From Podarcis tiliguerta (lineage: Eukaryota): DNA of 64,000 nt. Both the position numbers and the translations under genes were made by a program. The notes below the pieces were generated by a model. The model was not told the DNA's origin and did no database searches. It was given only the letters and a program-made list of their open reading frames with translations. The stretch lies in NCBI GenBank assembly GCA_965153285.1, contig OZ229126.1. One strand, given 5' to 3'. Below are positions 1 through 11,629 of this stretch, piece after piece. Each line of letters opens with the position of its first letter. The first letter of the stretch is position 1.

Positions 1-80
1 ATGATTCCATTTCTTGTATTTATATGCTCTCTAATGAAGTGCCATAGAACGTGCTTTAACAGCGGTGCGCTTTCTTTCAG

Positions 81-374
81 AGCATTGCACATGAGAACTG
101 TGAGGATCTGGTGGTGCAAAACAACTTGTGCTTCGGCAGGTGCAGCTCTTTTCACGTTCCTGGTCTTGAGGATCGCCTTTACACCTTTTGCTCGCACTGC
201 TTGCCCACCAAGTTTTCCACGGAACGTTTGGAGATGAATTGCACAACCGCTGCTCCTGTAATCAAGGTCGTCATGATCGTTGAAGAATGCAAGTGTGAGG
301 TTCAGAAAACAACAGATCTCAAAATGGGATTTCTGCACTCAGATCTGCATGCCAATGTGTATGAACAAAACTGA
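81..374 (+). CDS. CER1: Cerberus 1 (DAN-family cystine-knot BMP/Nodal/Wnt antagonist), final coding exon; upstream exon lies outside the window
   Basis: Acceptor tttctttcag ends at 80. Phase-0 frame reads SIAHENCEDLVVQNNLCFGRCSSFHVPG...FCSHCLPTKF...MNCT...VIKVVMIVEECKC...EQN*, with DAN cysteine spacing and motifs typical of CER1. Neighbour is ZDHHC21, as in other amniotes. Confidence 0.95.
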   Translation, partial: SIAHENCEDLVVQNNLCFGRCSSFHVPGLEDRLYTFCSHCLPTKFSTERLEMNCTTAAPVIKVVMIVEECKCEVQKTTDLKMGFLHSDLHANVYEQN

Positions 375-495
375 GCCTTTCAAAACGAACTTTTCTTAGT
401 AGATTTTTATCACTGGCAAGAATAGCCAGGACTTCAGTTTAATGCCAATACAACATCTTGAAGAAGCCTCTGGTACAGTTTGTGCAAGTGTAAGA

Positions 496-541
496 GAGTG
501 AGTGAGTGAGTGAGTGAGTGAGTGAGTGAGTGAGTGAGTGA
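496..541. repeat. (GAGT)n microsatellite in CER1 3' UTR
   Basis: About 11 tandem GAGT units. Confidence 0.95.
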
Positions 542-892
542 GATAGAGATTCTCCACACATGAGATTAAAGAGCTGAGTTGATCAGCTACTACTATAGGT
601 GCCCTTTACCTGTTTTTAGGTGCACACCACAGTTTTTCATGTCTGTAATTGTGATTTCTGACCGAAATTATGTCCCAGTTTATTTATTAGGTGCCCATAT
701 ACCCAGTTAGTTCAGCTGCACTCTGGGCACAACAATGCAGGAATGTGTTGAGGATTGCCTCTTAACTGATGGAGCCACCTAATTAATTATCAAACTGAAA
801 AAAGGGGGGATTCTTTCTATGCAAATCTTTCTGAGCACTCATGGGCAATAATACCTTGTCAATCCATTTATCCTTATGTCCTTAGTTCTCTG

Positions 893-898
893 AATAAA
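893..898 (+). terminator. Candidate CER1 polyadenylation signal
   Basis: First AATAAA after the stop codon; an ATTAAA also occurs at 565-570. Confidence 0.4.
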
Positions 899-2731
899 GC
901 AACCAGAACTCAGTTTTCCTAACCTTTCATTACCAAAAAAATCCCATCCGGATCAAAGGGAATTTTCAATACTGAGAACTTGACGGATTGGGCCCTAACT
1001 GTGAATATGCACCATTTAGAAAGGAGGTATAAAGAGGAAAACAGCAGCTGTAGTAATTGTTAATTAGATTAGTGCCTTAGCTTTTGGGGGTGAGTGTTTA
1101 ATTAACCCAGCAATGATCAGCTGCATGTAATTAACACTGTATTCTGTTATATCAAGGATGTGTTAATTGGATCTGATTTTCAGAGTCAACTTCCATATTC
1201 AGAGCAAGTTGAGCCCAGGTGCTAACGGAATATTGCTCCAAAAAAAAAAGGAAGGAAGAAAAAACAAATTCAAGCCAGAGGACAGTGGTCTTGTATACAC
1301 CCCAGGGACTGTTAACTGTAGTTACATTTGAAACTTAGACAGGGTAACTGTTTCTGCAAAGTTCCCTTTGCTTTTAATTTGTCATAGTGTTCTATTTTAT
1401 TTTACAGGATTTTCAGAGCTATTCCTAATTGCGGGGATGGGGTGGGGGAGGACAGTTTCCAATTATTGCAATGGTGCATCTTATACAGAGACTGTTAACT
1501 TTAAGACTTTTTAAATGAAGTTAATTGTCAGCCCCTAGAGTACACTTCTTCTCTGCTTTAGAATATCAGATTAATCACCACAAATACCTGCACAGTTTCA
1601 CAATGCCAGTAAAGTTTAATCAACACTGTGTTCCATGGGTTTTTTATTTTTGGTTGCTGATAGAAGAGGTTCAGTTGGAGACAACTGTAACACCTTGATA
1701 CTCTGAAGCGCTTTCCAGGAGCACAAAACCCTTTCAATGCCATTTAATTTTTATTTTAGCCATTGACACTGAAAGATCCACTGCTTGCAAGTTAATAAAA
1801 GTAGAATACTAATAATATAATTATTCAGGCCTTTTTTGTTATCAGCAACATATTAAAATTGATCATTTTGTCCATTATTAGATTTACCTGTTAATAGCTT
1901 CAAAGCATATACGATCTTGCTTTGTGGAAAAAGTTGGTAACTATATGGTATTGCTTCTTTTAATGCATATATGTTAATAATTTAGGCTGCAGTCCTAGGA
2001 ACTATTCGTCTAAATTCATGTGTATGTGACTCTAGTAACATGAGTGGCTAGTTGGCACCATGGATAGTGTTCTAATAAACCTCTAATAAACCTTAGGACA
2101 TATTCACATGTACAGATGTATCATTGTGTGTATCATCGCCACCTGTAAAATGGCAAACTTGTGTCTCCTCCGAACCATTTCAGGTTACAGGTGAGTCTCA
2201 CATATGACTGAATACTCTGCCATGCACAAGAAAAGTACCGGTCGTATGTCAAGGGAACAGACAAACTTCAACCCTTATCCTTAACATCTAATTTTCTGCG
2301 TACAAGGGTTCCTCAATATGTGGAACACCTTAACTGAAAAATACTGGTTAAGATAGCATGAGGTGTTTCTAGTTGTTGTTACAGATATTCAAGGAAGAAC
2401 ATAGTTGTTTGAGCTTGCTTTCTGTGATATTCTTTGAAAAGCCAGTATCCCTTGCCATCATTTCCACCTTACAGGATTGTTGTGAAGATAAAGATTTTAA
2501 AGCATATTTTGTATGCACTATGTCGGTAGTAGTATTAGTGCATCTTCTGAACAAAACCCAGTATTTTGCCACAAAACAATTGTAACAAAGCAAACACAAA
2601 TATATAGGTAATAAAACAAACTAAAATTTAATCATCTTCTCAATAAATTTCTCACAACATAAGAATAGTTACCCACAGAGTGTTCTTATTCAACTGCCTA
2701 AATAAATCCTACTTATTTCAATACTGCTCTA

Positions 2732-2957
2732 CAGTGGTACCTCGGGTTACACACGGTTCAGGTTACAGACTCTGCTAACCCAGAAATATTACCTCGGGTT
2801 AAGAACTTTGCTTCAGGATGAGAACAGAAATTGTGCTCTGGCGGCGCGGCAGCAGCAGGAGGCCCCATTAGCTAAAGTTGTGCTTCAGGTTAAGAACAGT
2901 TTCAGGTTAAGTACGGACCTCCGGAACGAATTAAGTGCTTAATCTGAGGTACCACTG
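2732..2957 (+). mobile_element. Tc1/mariner (Tigger-like) MITE, family A
   Basis: TA|CAGTGGTACCTC...GAGGTACCACTG|TA terminal inverted repeats with TA duplication; related copies at 9561, 31274 and 43803. Confidence 0.9.
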
Positions 2958-3869
2958 TATTCCAAATACACATGATTAGGATTGTAACCCAAAGCATGTG
3001 TCCAGTGTAATTTTGGGGGGGAATAGATGATGGATGTGCACAACTCTGCCTTGATGTGGAAAACCAGCGTCATATTAGTTCTGTTTCATGCATATCATTT
3101 GAAAGTGTAAAAATGTCCCTGGCCCATCAGCATCAGAAAAGTTTGCTAAATGCATATGTTTGGAGTTAAAAGCTCATGTGGAGGTATGCATATTAAAGCA
3201 TGGCTGGAAAAACGGTGGAGATTCTGGTTTACAGATCATGCCTTAAATGCATTGGAAGGGCCAAAACCTGCATTAGCATTGCAAAATATCCTTCTGGTGT
3301 AGGAGGCTTATAGAACAAAGTGCCATCCCTTCTTTTGCAGGCTGCCTCCATAAGAGAGCATCAGCTGCCGCTACACATGGCATGATTTTAGCATGCTGAT
3401 TTAATATTTACAGAGTGCCAATAAAATTTTTATGACGACAGCTGGTGGTTCCTGTGGTAATTTATAAACAACAACATAACACAGACATCAGGGAACTCCC
3501 GAGGAAGGTTCTGCATGGCTGTACAATATTTAGGAATATCAGACACAAGGTTGTTTCTCCAAACACGGAAAGGGTTTTTGTTTTTGTTTTTTTCTCCTTT
3601 GCTTTGCAGGTTTTTAAGGATCATTGCAGAATGCATTGCTGAAAGACTTTCTGCAGCTGAACTGCACAGTTCAAACTTAACTTTGTAGCACTCAAAAGTC
3701 ACAATACCTGTATGTTTTCTCTCGAGGGCTGAAACAGCAGATGTGTTTTAAGAAACAACCTGTCTGTTGACTTACAGAATACAGAGTCTGTATTCTTCCT
3801 ATACTGTACCAGATTTTCACAGGCCTGTTTCTGTGGACCTGATAAGCCTGCAATTTCATTGTGGTTGGA

Positions 3870-4145
3870 CATTGCCGGATTTACGTATAAGCTAAACAAG
3901 CTATAGCTTAGGGCCCCACTCTCTTGGGCCCCCCCAAAAAATTAAAGGAAAAAAAACTGGGTGTACATTTCCAAAACATAAGATAAAAAACAAATAAAAT
4001 AAAACTTAGATTCAGCAACAGTGCTTTGTGTTGTGTAATTTAAGCAATGCGCCCCGCCTGCTAGCTTGCTCCCTAAAATATCACATATAAAGGGCCGCAT
4101 TACCTTCAGTAGCTTAGGGCCTCATCAAACCTAAATCCAGCCCTG
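3870..4145 (+). mobile_element. Non-autonomous hAT element, family B
   Basis: TIRs CATTGCCGGATTTA...TAAATCCAGCCCTG; perfect 8-bp TSD TGGTTGGA (3862-3869 and 4146-4153). Confidence 0.9.
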
Positions 4146-4632
4146 TGGTTGGAAGACCTATTAAACCTTCCAGACAAGTTAATTACCTTCCAGGAGAAGC
4201 AGAATTTCTCAGCGCTCCAACTGGTAAACCCAGTTGGGACTGAGTCTTGCTCCAGCAAGGGTCAATGTCACAAGTCCTTTCCCTTCTCAAGTCCTTTTTA
4301 AAATCAGCAGAATAAATGTTTTATTCTGTTGTATTTCAGCTCCCCCCCCCCTTTGGAGGCCCCATTTATGATGCTGGGGTGCATGGCACCTACAATTAAC
4401 ACCACATCACCCCCCCACTGCCATCCCCCAAGCAGCATGGTTATTAGAGAGGACAAAGTTGTCACTTCATGTAACTAGTGCCAAGGAAGTGTGTGGAAAA
4501 CAAGATTAAATCCTCTCATTCACAAAGAGAGGCTCATAGTCTGTCTAACCTTTCTGGTTCCTACTTTGTACTGAAGACCACCAGGCTCAACAAGATTGCA
4601 AACAGCCTGGGCATGAAGCATCTTTTTTAAAA

Positions 4633-4677
<45 letters not shown>
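4633..4677. repeat. (ATT)n microsatellite
   Basis: About 15 tandem ATT units. Confidence 0.95.
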
Positions 4678-4799
4678 GCTTTGAACAGCGAAGACTGCCA
4701 TATCCTTTAAAAGCACTATTCCACTATTTTTAAAAGCCGGCTTCATATTTCCCATTTTGGGAGACAAACTTTTTTTCTCCACAGCCATTGAAATACATA

Positions 4800-5058
4800 C
4801 CGTATTTTTCGCTCTATAAGACGCACCAGACCACAAGACGCACCTAGTTTTGGGAGGAGGAAAACAAGGAAAAAAATATTCTGAATCTCAGAAGCCAGAA
4901 CAGCAAGAGGGATTGCTGCGCAGTGAAAGCAGCAATCCCTTTTGCTGTTCTGGCTTCTGGGATAGCTGCACAGCCTGCATTCGCTCCATAAGATGCACAC
5001 ACATTTCCCCTTACTTTTTAGGAGGGAAAAAATGAGTCTTATAGAGCAAAAAATACGG
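4800..5058. mobile_element. Tigger/pogo-like MITE
   Basis: TA|CCGTATTTTTCGCTCTATAAGAC...GTCTTATAGAGCAAAAAATACGG|TA. Confidence 0.85.
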
Positions 5059-5358
5059 TAATTCATTCTGAAGTTGTAGCTTTTCCAGAAAGAAAGAAAA
5101 GTGAAATTTTCCAGTGTCCTAAATCAATAGAGATCTGATGAAGTCTGCATCTTTCACTTGAATTTGGTGAAGAAATGTTTTTCTTAGATGCTAATTTTAT
5201 ATGAAGTGTAAATATCTGAAAAGTTATTCCATTAGGCAGAAGTCATTGGACTGAAAGTGTACAGTACTTAGTGTGATTTTGATGCCATGTTCAAACCAGT
5301 TCAAAGCTTGAAGCAAACTGTCAACGGACAAATTTTAACATGTCGTAAGAGCTGTGTA

Positions 5359-5941
5359 GGGAAGCAGATGGTGCTGTGGGTTAAACCACAGAGCCTACAA
5401 CTTGCTGATCAGAAGGTCGGTGGTTCGAATCCCTGCGAGGGCTGAGGGGTTTAGATGATCATAAATTGACTCAGTAAGATATGAACAAGCCTTTTGCCAG
5501 CTCTTGCAACCTCTTCTCTCCTCCTTTTCATAGCATGCAGTGATTAAACATGGAAGTCTCCAATTAACCACTGTTACCCTACTGGTGGGGGGACGTGGGT
5601 GGCGCTGTGGGTTAAACCACAGAGCCTAGGACTTGCCAATCAGAAGGTCGGTGGTTCAAATCCCCGTGACGGGGTGAGCTCCCATTGCTCGATCCCTGCT
5701 CCTGCCAACCTAGGAGTTCGAAAGCACATCAAAAGTGCAAGTAGATAAATAGGTACCGCTCCAGCGCAAAGGTAAACGGCGTTTCCGTGTGCTGCTCTGG
5801 TTTGCCAGAAGCAGCTTAGTCATGCTGGCCACATGACCCGGAAGCTGTACACCAGCTCCCTCGGCCAGTAAAGCGAGATGACCGCCGCAACCCCAGAGTC
5901 GGTCACAACTGAACTTAATGGTCAGGGGTCCCTTTACCTTT
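5359..5941 (+). mobile_element. Composite Sauria SINE: 5' SINE fragment + ~140-bp foreign segment + full-length SINE
   Basis: SINE head ~5359-5440; full SINE ~5590-5941 ending in (ACCTTT); 13-bp TSD TAAGAGCTGTGTA at 5346-5358 and 5942-5954. Confidence 0.85.
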
Positions 5942-5959
5942 TAAGAGCTGTGTACATGA

Positions 5960-6090
5960 GAAAGGGCCAGTCTAGCTGTGACATTCTGGATTAGTTGTAG
6001 TTTCCGAGTCACCTTCAAAGGTAGCCCCATGTTGAGCATTACAGTAGTCCAAGCGGGAGATAACCAGGGCATGCACGACTCTGGTGAGAC
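5960..6090 (-). mobile_element. L2-like LINE fragment
   Basis: Minus-strand ...GLPLKVTRKLQLIQNVTARL..., typical of squamate L2-type ORF2. Confidence 0.65.
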
Positions 6091-6559
6091 AGTGCACAGG
6101 CAGGGAGCCACAGAGAGGTTGTTTTCAGGAGCAGCATGTGACAAACGTAACATGCACACTATTCTCTATGAGCATAGAAGAGTTGCACCATAAGTGGAGT
6201 AACACCCAATCAATTGGGCGGGGTACACCTATTATTTATTACTGCTTTACCTGTAGGTTTATAAATCATTTAATGTGTCAATACAAATGGAGGTCGTTAA
6301 TATTGCAATTGTTGTATAAGGAATTGCTATTTAGACTGGAGTGTAATTGAAATTAATAAAATTTTGTAATGCAGAAAAAAAGTAAATCAGCAAACCATCT
6401 ATTCTAGCATGCAGGGGGGCACCTAAATTATATAATTTGGCATCTGAATGATTGGTATTAATAAGTGTACTGTATTACAGTTTGGCATTGTTATAATGCA
6501 GCTATTATTGTAACTGAAAACTTGTTGTTGTTGTTGTTGTTGTCCTGCAGGATCAGGCT

Positions 6560-6850
6560 AACCCGATGCTCCAAGCAGCAGGAGCAAAAACAAAACCATT
6601 CCCTTTGCTTCCGCGTTTTAGCCTAGCTGGCGAAGAGGGCGAGTTTAGTTCTACTCGCGCCCGACTTCCGTCACAAGCCGCAAGAGGGCGCTGTGCAACC
6701 AACCGTCGCCATGGAGACAGGGTCCCCGCGATCCTCTTTCTGGATAGCCGGATGTTCTGCAAGCTCGGAGCGCATGCGTAGTTTGCCGTTGTGGGTTTCG
6801 AGAGAACTGGGTTGCCATTAAGAGGAGGCGGTCTAGGGGCTGGGAGTGGA
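6560..6850. promoter_or_regulatory. Orphan CpG-rich promoter-like element
   Basis: Dense CpG in non-repetitive sequence. ETS ACTTCCG 6664-6670; CTCF-like CCGCAAGAGGGCGCT 6678-6692; RFX X-box-like GTCGCCATGGAGAC 6705-6718; NRF1-like GCGCATGCGT 6770-6779. Confidence 0.6.
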
Positions 6851-6863
6851 CCCTGGCTGCTCC

Positions 6864-7499
6864 CATGGGCGTAGCCAAGGGGGGGGACAGCTGCCCCTCC
6901 TAAATACTCAAAAATCATTTAAAAACATTAAAAAGACTCAATTAACTGCTGTTCTGCCCCCCTCTCCAGCAGAAGCCTGCCCCCCGCCCTTAATGTCCTC
7001 TTTTGGAGAGATTTTTACTGGTGATCTCCCCCAAAAAACCTCAACAACTCCCCCACCCCCCCAAAAATACTGGGCTGTGGGGGAGGGAGGTGAAGGGCAT
7101 AGCTATCAACTTTTCCCTTTTCTTGCGAGGAATCCTATTCGGAATAAGGGAATTTCCCTTTAAAAAGGGAAAACGTTGACAGCTATGGTGAAGGGATTAA
7201 TTGAAATTGTTAAAGATTGGTACAGTATTTAAGAAATTTAATTTTTTGTAAAGATTCTATAAGGAAAACAGAACGCAGCAAGAAATAACAAGTAAAGGTA
7301 TCGGAGAGGAGATCAGTGTAAATGAAAACATGAGACTTACGGTTTTGTTACATATGATTTTATTTGGGAGTTGTCTGCTTATTTTGGAATTGTTTGTTGT
7401 AAAGAAAGTATATTATGTGAATACAATAAAATAAAAATGTTATAAAAAATAAAAAAAAATGGAAATGGAAAAAATAAATAAATCCTAGCTACGCCCATG
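6864..7499. mobile_element. hAT-type MITE (CATGGGCGTAGC TIRs) with nested insertions
   Basis: CATGGGCGTAGC...GCTACGCCCATG termini, same as the copy at 13467; TSD not clean. Confidence 0.75.
7098..7187. mobile_element. 90-bp hAT-type MITE
   Basis: TIRs CATAGCTATCAACTTTTCCCTTTT / AAAAGGGAAAACGTTGACAGCTATG; 8-bp TSD GTGAAGGG (7090-7097 and 7188-7195). Confidence 0.85.
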
Positions 7500-8596
7500 C
7501 CCCCATAGAAGGGAAGGGAGCCCGGGGGTCATCTAGTCCAACCCCCCTGCAGTACAGGCAACTTTCACCCATCATAGGGCTCAAATGACCCTGAGATTAA
7601 GAGCTGTATTGTTGTTCAGGATACACAGAATGCATGACTCCATTAAATGGTGCAGCAGATATTGCCAGAATCTACCACTATATGTCAACAAGCTCCAACC
7701 ATTGCTTATTGTGCGTTCCATCATGCATGTGTAGTGAATGTGAGATTTGAAATTGTTCTAGTTTATTTCCAAACTTGAGTCTAATCCTACTTAAAGCATG
7801 TATATTACAGCACTCACAATTAATCCAATAAGTACTTTTTTATTTTTACCAAATACATATCACAGTGCATGTTGAGAATCTTTAAACTACCCATTTCATC
7901 TATTACAATTTAGGATCTGCTTAGGACTTTTGCTGGAGGGCAGAAGTCAGACTAATTTAGAGTGGGCATCATGCCACTCAGACAGATGGGGGGTGACGTT
8001 CCATAGCCAAGAGATTGTGTATGTGCATCAGTTATGGGTGCTCAAGGCATTATTCCCAGCTGGGAGCAGTGAAACTGCTGTCCATTCTGAGCTGCTTATG
8101 GCGACCAGCCATCGCAGATTTGTCTCAGGCCAGAATTCTCTTAAAATATTTCTGTTTCATAGCCACATAAGGGGAATTTGCTGGACTTGAATAATGTGTT
8201 GGCAAATTGTAGTTGACCTTATATTTGGCAATTTTTTGTCAGAAAATAACTTTGCAGATGTGAAACGTGGGATACCCAACTTATTTGCATATTTCTGTTA
8301 GGACTCCCCCAAATATTTTGTGATCTGCAAAATGGATGGCAAGGATGCCCGCTGGAAATAATGAGAGCCAGCTGAATGCTCGTAGGAAATAATGGGAGCT
8401 ACAAATTCTAATTGGCACAACTGGGTTCCAGTAAAATAAAATAAAGCTACAAATAAAACAAGGAATAGATTCTTAGAAGGAACACATCAATACAGCCTCT
8501 AGAATTGGAATGATGGTACCTGGAACTGGGGTGGTCCTCACCACACTCCAGTTCCTGAAGGTCTGTCCTTGCTAATACCAGTTAGTGATCACTATC

Positions 8597-8912
8597 AAAC
8601 CACAGAGCCTAGGGCTTGCCAATCAGAAGGTCAGCGGTTCGAATCCCCGCGACGGGGTAAGCTCCTGCTGCTCGGTCCCAGCTCCTGCCAACCTAGCAGT
8701 TCGAAAGCACATCAAAATGCAAGTAGATAAATAGGTACCACTCTGGCGGGAAGGTAAACAGCGTTTCTGTGCGCTGCTCTGGTTCGCCAGAAGCGGCTTA
8801 GTCATGACCCAGAAGCTCTACGCCGGCTCCCTCAGCCAGTAAAGCGAGATGAGCACTGCTACCCCTGAGTTGTACACAACTGGACCGAATGGTCAGGGGT
8901 CCCTTTACCTTT
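8597..8912 (+). mobile_element. Sauria SINE, 5'-truncated
   Basis: Body GGTTCGAATCCCCGCGACGGGG...GCAAGTAGATAAATAGGTACC; ends GGGGTCCCTTTACCTTT. Confidence 0.9.
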
Positions 8913-9560
8913 ATCAATGTGATTAATGATATGTTCCATTCCTGTGGCCCACTCCATCCCTTCTAAATATTATTTGTTTTATTCGTAGGTTATTCTTTTG
9001 TTTCAATCATATGCAACTGGAAGTCACAGCACTCAATTAGGTATTCTGATAATTTCTGAGTCTCTAGTTGGAGGCATATTCCAGATTACTTATCACAAGC
9101 GAATTGCCCCTTAAAATAACATTCTGTAGTCTGCACCCCTGCCATTCTTCCAGTGTCCATTTATATGAAAGAAGTGGGACTGTAATTTCTAATAGGGAGG
9201 ACATTTACTCCAGAGTAATATGACCTACAATGAGTATGATCTTCCAGTATCTTCTCACACCCTGTTGCACTCCTGATCAGTGTGGTTCAAATATTGTCCT
9301 TCTCCTCAAAATACATTTTTATTCCTCCTAAACATATTTACTCAGAGGTCCCACTGCAGGAGTGCCAACTTGGCCCCACGATAGTGGGTGCCCGAGTCAT
9401 GGGTGCCATGCAGGTTGCATGAAACTGGCATTGAAATTTGTGGGTGCCCAGCCCCTTCATAAGGAATTTTGTGGGTGCTCAGGCACCCAGGGAGCCGGCC
9501 CCTATGTCCCGCAGAGTTCAGCAGTACTTATTTCTCTTTTTAAAAAAATGTTTAGGGGTA

Positions 9561-9802
9561 CAGTGGTACCTCAGGTTGCATACGCTTCAGGTTACAGACG
9601 CTTCAGGCTACAGACTCCGCTAACCCAGAAATAGTGCTTCAGGTTAAGAACTTTGCTTCAGGATAAGAACAGAAATCGGGCTCCAGCAGTGCAGCAGCAG
9701 CAGGAGGCCCCATTAGCTAAAGTGGTGCTTCAGGTTAAGAACAGTTTCAGGTTAAGTACGGAGCTCCAGAACGAATTAAGTACTTAACCTGAGGTACCAC
9801 TG
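9561..9802 (+). mobile_element. Tigger-like MITE, family A
   Basis: TA-flanked CAGTGGTACCTC TIRs. Confidence 0.9.
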
Positions 9803-10102
9803 TACTATCCTTTTCACTCAAGAAAATTGCCATTTTATAGTTCAAATTGGGAAAAATAAATACAGCAAATGGACAAAAGTCAAAGATTCACAAAATGTTT
9901 ATGGGTATGCATACCCCTGCGTCACCCCAGAAAAAAGGCACTGCTTATTTCCTAAAAAAGCATGTTTAGGATTGCACCCAAAAACCCACACTGGTGGCTG
10001 CAAACATGGAACCAGCTGAATTCTGAACTCTGAATTCACGGTAACAGTAACATTCAGCCTACAATTGTAACACCACGAAACAATAAGAGGCATGTAACTA
10101 CG

Positions 10103-10482
10103 AACGCGGGTGGCGCTGTGGGTAAAACCTCAGCGCCTAGGGTTTGCTGATCGGATGGGCGGTGGTTCGAATCCCCGCGGCGGGGTGAGCTCCTGTCTTT
10201 CGGTCCCAACTCCTGCCCACCTAGCAGTTTGAAAGCACCCCTAAGTGCAAGTAGATAAATAGGTACCGCTTTCTAGCGGGAAGGTAAACGGCGTTTCCGT
10301 GTGCTGCGCTGGTGCCGGCTCGCCAGAGCAGCTTCATCATGCTGGCCACGTGACCCGGAAGTGTCTCCGGACAGTGCTGGCCCCCGGCCTCTTAAGTGAG
10401 ATGGGCGCACAGTGCTGGCCCCCGGCCTCTTAAGTGAGATGGAGTCGGACACGACAGGCCCATACAGGCAGGGGTACCTTTA
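10103..10482 (+). mobile_element. Sauria SINE (variant subfamily) with internal 34-bp duplication
   Basis: GCGGGTGGCGCTGTGGGTAAA head; GGGGTACCTTTA tail; unit 10371-10404 repeated at 10409-10442. Confidence 0.9.
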
Positions 10483-10583
10483 ACTACAAATGCACCTTTA
10501 AGCAAATGTTCCCAGACATGACACTAATTTGATAAGTTAGCATTGGCTCACTTAAAAAACACCCAACTATTTTGGAGCAGTTT

Positions 10584-11415
10584 CAGGGCCGGATTTAGGT
10601 TTGATGAGGCCCTAAGCTACTGAAGGTAATGGGGCCCTTTATAGGTCCAGCTGTCCTTTGTCAACAAAAAATTGTCCCTGTTTTTTTGTGTTGAAGATAT
10701 GCTGTATGGTAATTTATGGACCTAATAGGTATCTAAAGCCATTTGCACATAACAAATAGGAGCCTTGTTGTTGGTGTTTAGTCGTTTAGTCGTGTCCAAC
10801 TCTTTGTGACCTCATGGATCAGAGCATGCCAGGCACTCCTGTCCTCCACTGCCTCCCGCAATTTGGTCAAACTCATGCTGGTAGCTTCGAGAACACTGTC
10901 CAACCATCTCGTCCTCTGTCATCCCCTTCTCCTTGTGCCCTCAATCTTTCCCAACATCAGGGTCTTTTCCAGGGAGTCTTCTCTTCTCATGAGGTGGCCA
11001 AAGTATTGGAGCCTCAGCTTCACGATCTGTCCTTCCAGTGAGCACTCAGTGAGCACATCCATTTCCTTAAGAATGGATAGGTTTGATCTTCTTGCAGTCC
11101 ATAGGACTCTCAAGAGTCTCCTCCAGCACCATAATTCAAAAGCATCAATTCTTCGGCGATCAGCCTTCTTTATGGTCCAGCTCTCACTTCCATACATCAC
11201 TACTGGGAAAACCATGGCTTTAACTATACGGACCTTTGTTGGCAAGGTGATGCTTTTTAAGATGCTGTCTACACAACACAAAACAAAACACCGTTGTATG
11301 TAGGTTTATTTTTATTTTTTTATCTTATATTTTGGAAATGTACATCCAGTTTTTTTCTCTTTCACTTTTTTGGGGGCTCCCAAGAGAGCGGGGCCCTAAG
11401 CTATAGTTTGTTTAG
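10584..11415 (-). mobile_element. hAT family B element interrupted by BovB; one TIR missing
   Basis: Starts CAGGGCCGGATTTAGG, the reverse complement of the family B end; resumes after ~11270. Confidence 0.8.
10765..11270 (-). mobile_element. BovB (RTE-clade LINE) 3' fragment
   Basis: Minus-strand ITLPTKVRIVKAMVFPVVMYGSESWTIKKADRRRIDAFELWCWRRLLRV...LEKTLMLGKIEG; (CAA)-rich tail. Confidence 0.92.
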
Positions 11416-11629
11416 TTAGCAAAGGAAGTCTTTTATTTCGTTGTTTGTATTGTTGTATATTATGCTCAATGTATGTTATGTTCATATTTAATGAGGGTGA
11501 ATTGTGTATTGGGTGGGTTATGTTATGTTGTAAATAAAATTCCAATAAATAATATATTTTTTAAAAAAGAGAGAGAGAGAGAAGTTAGCATTGGCTCGCT
11601 TAAAAAGCACTCAACTATTTTGGAGCAGT

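Noticed and set aside
1-237. 78-aa ORF starting at base 1
   Set aside because: It crosses the CER1 intron/exon boundary in the wrong frame.
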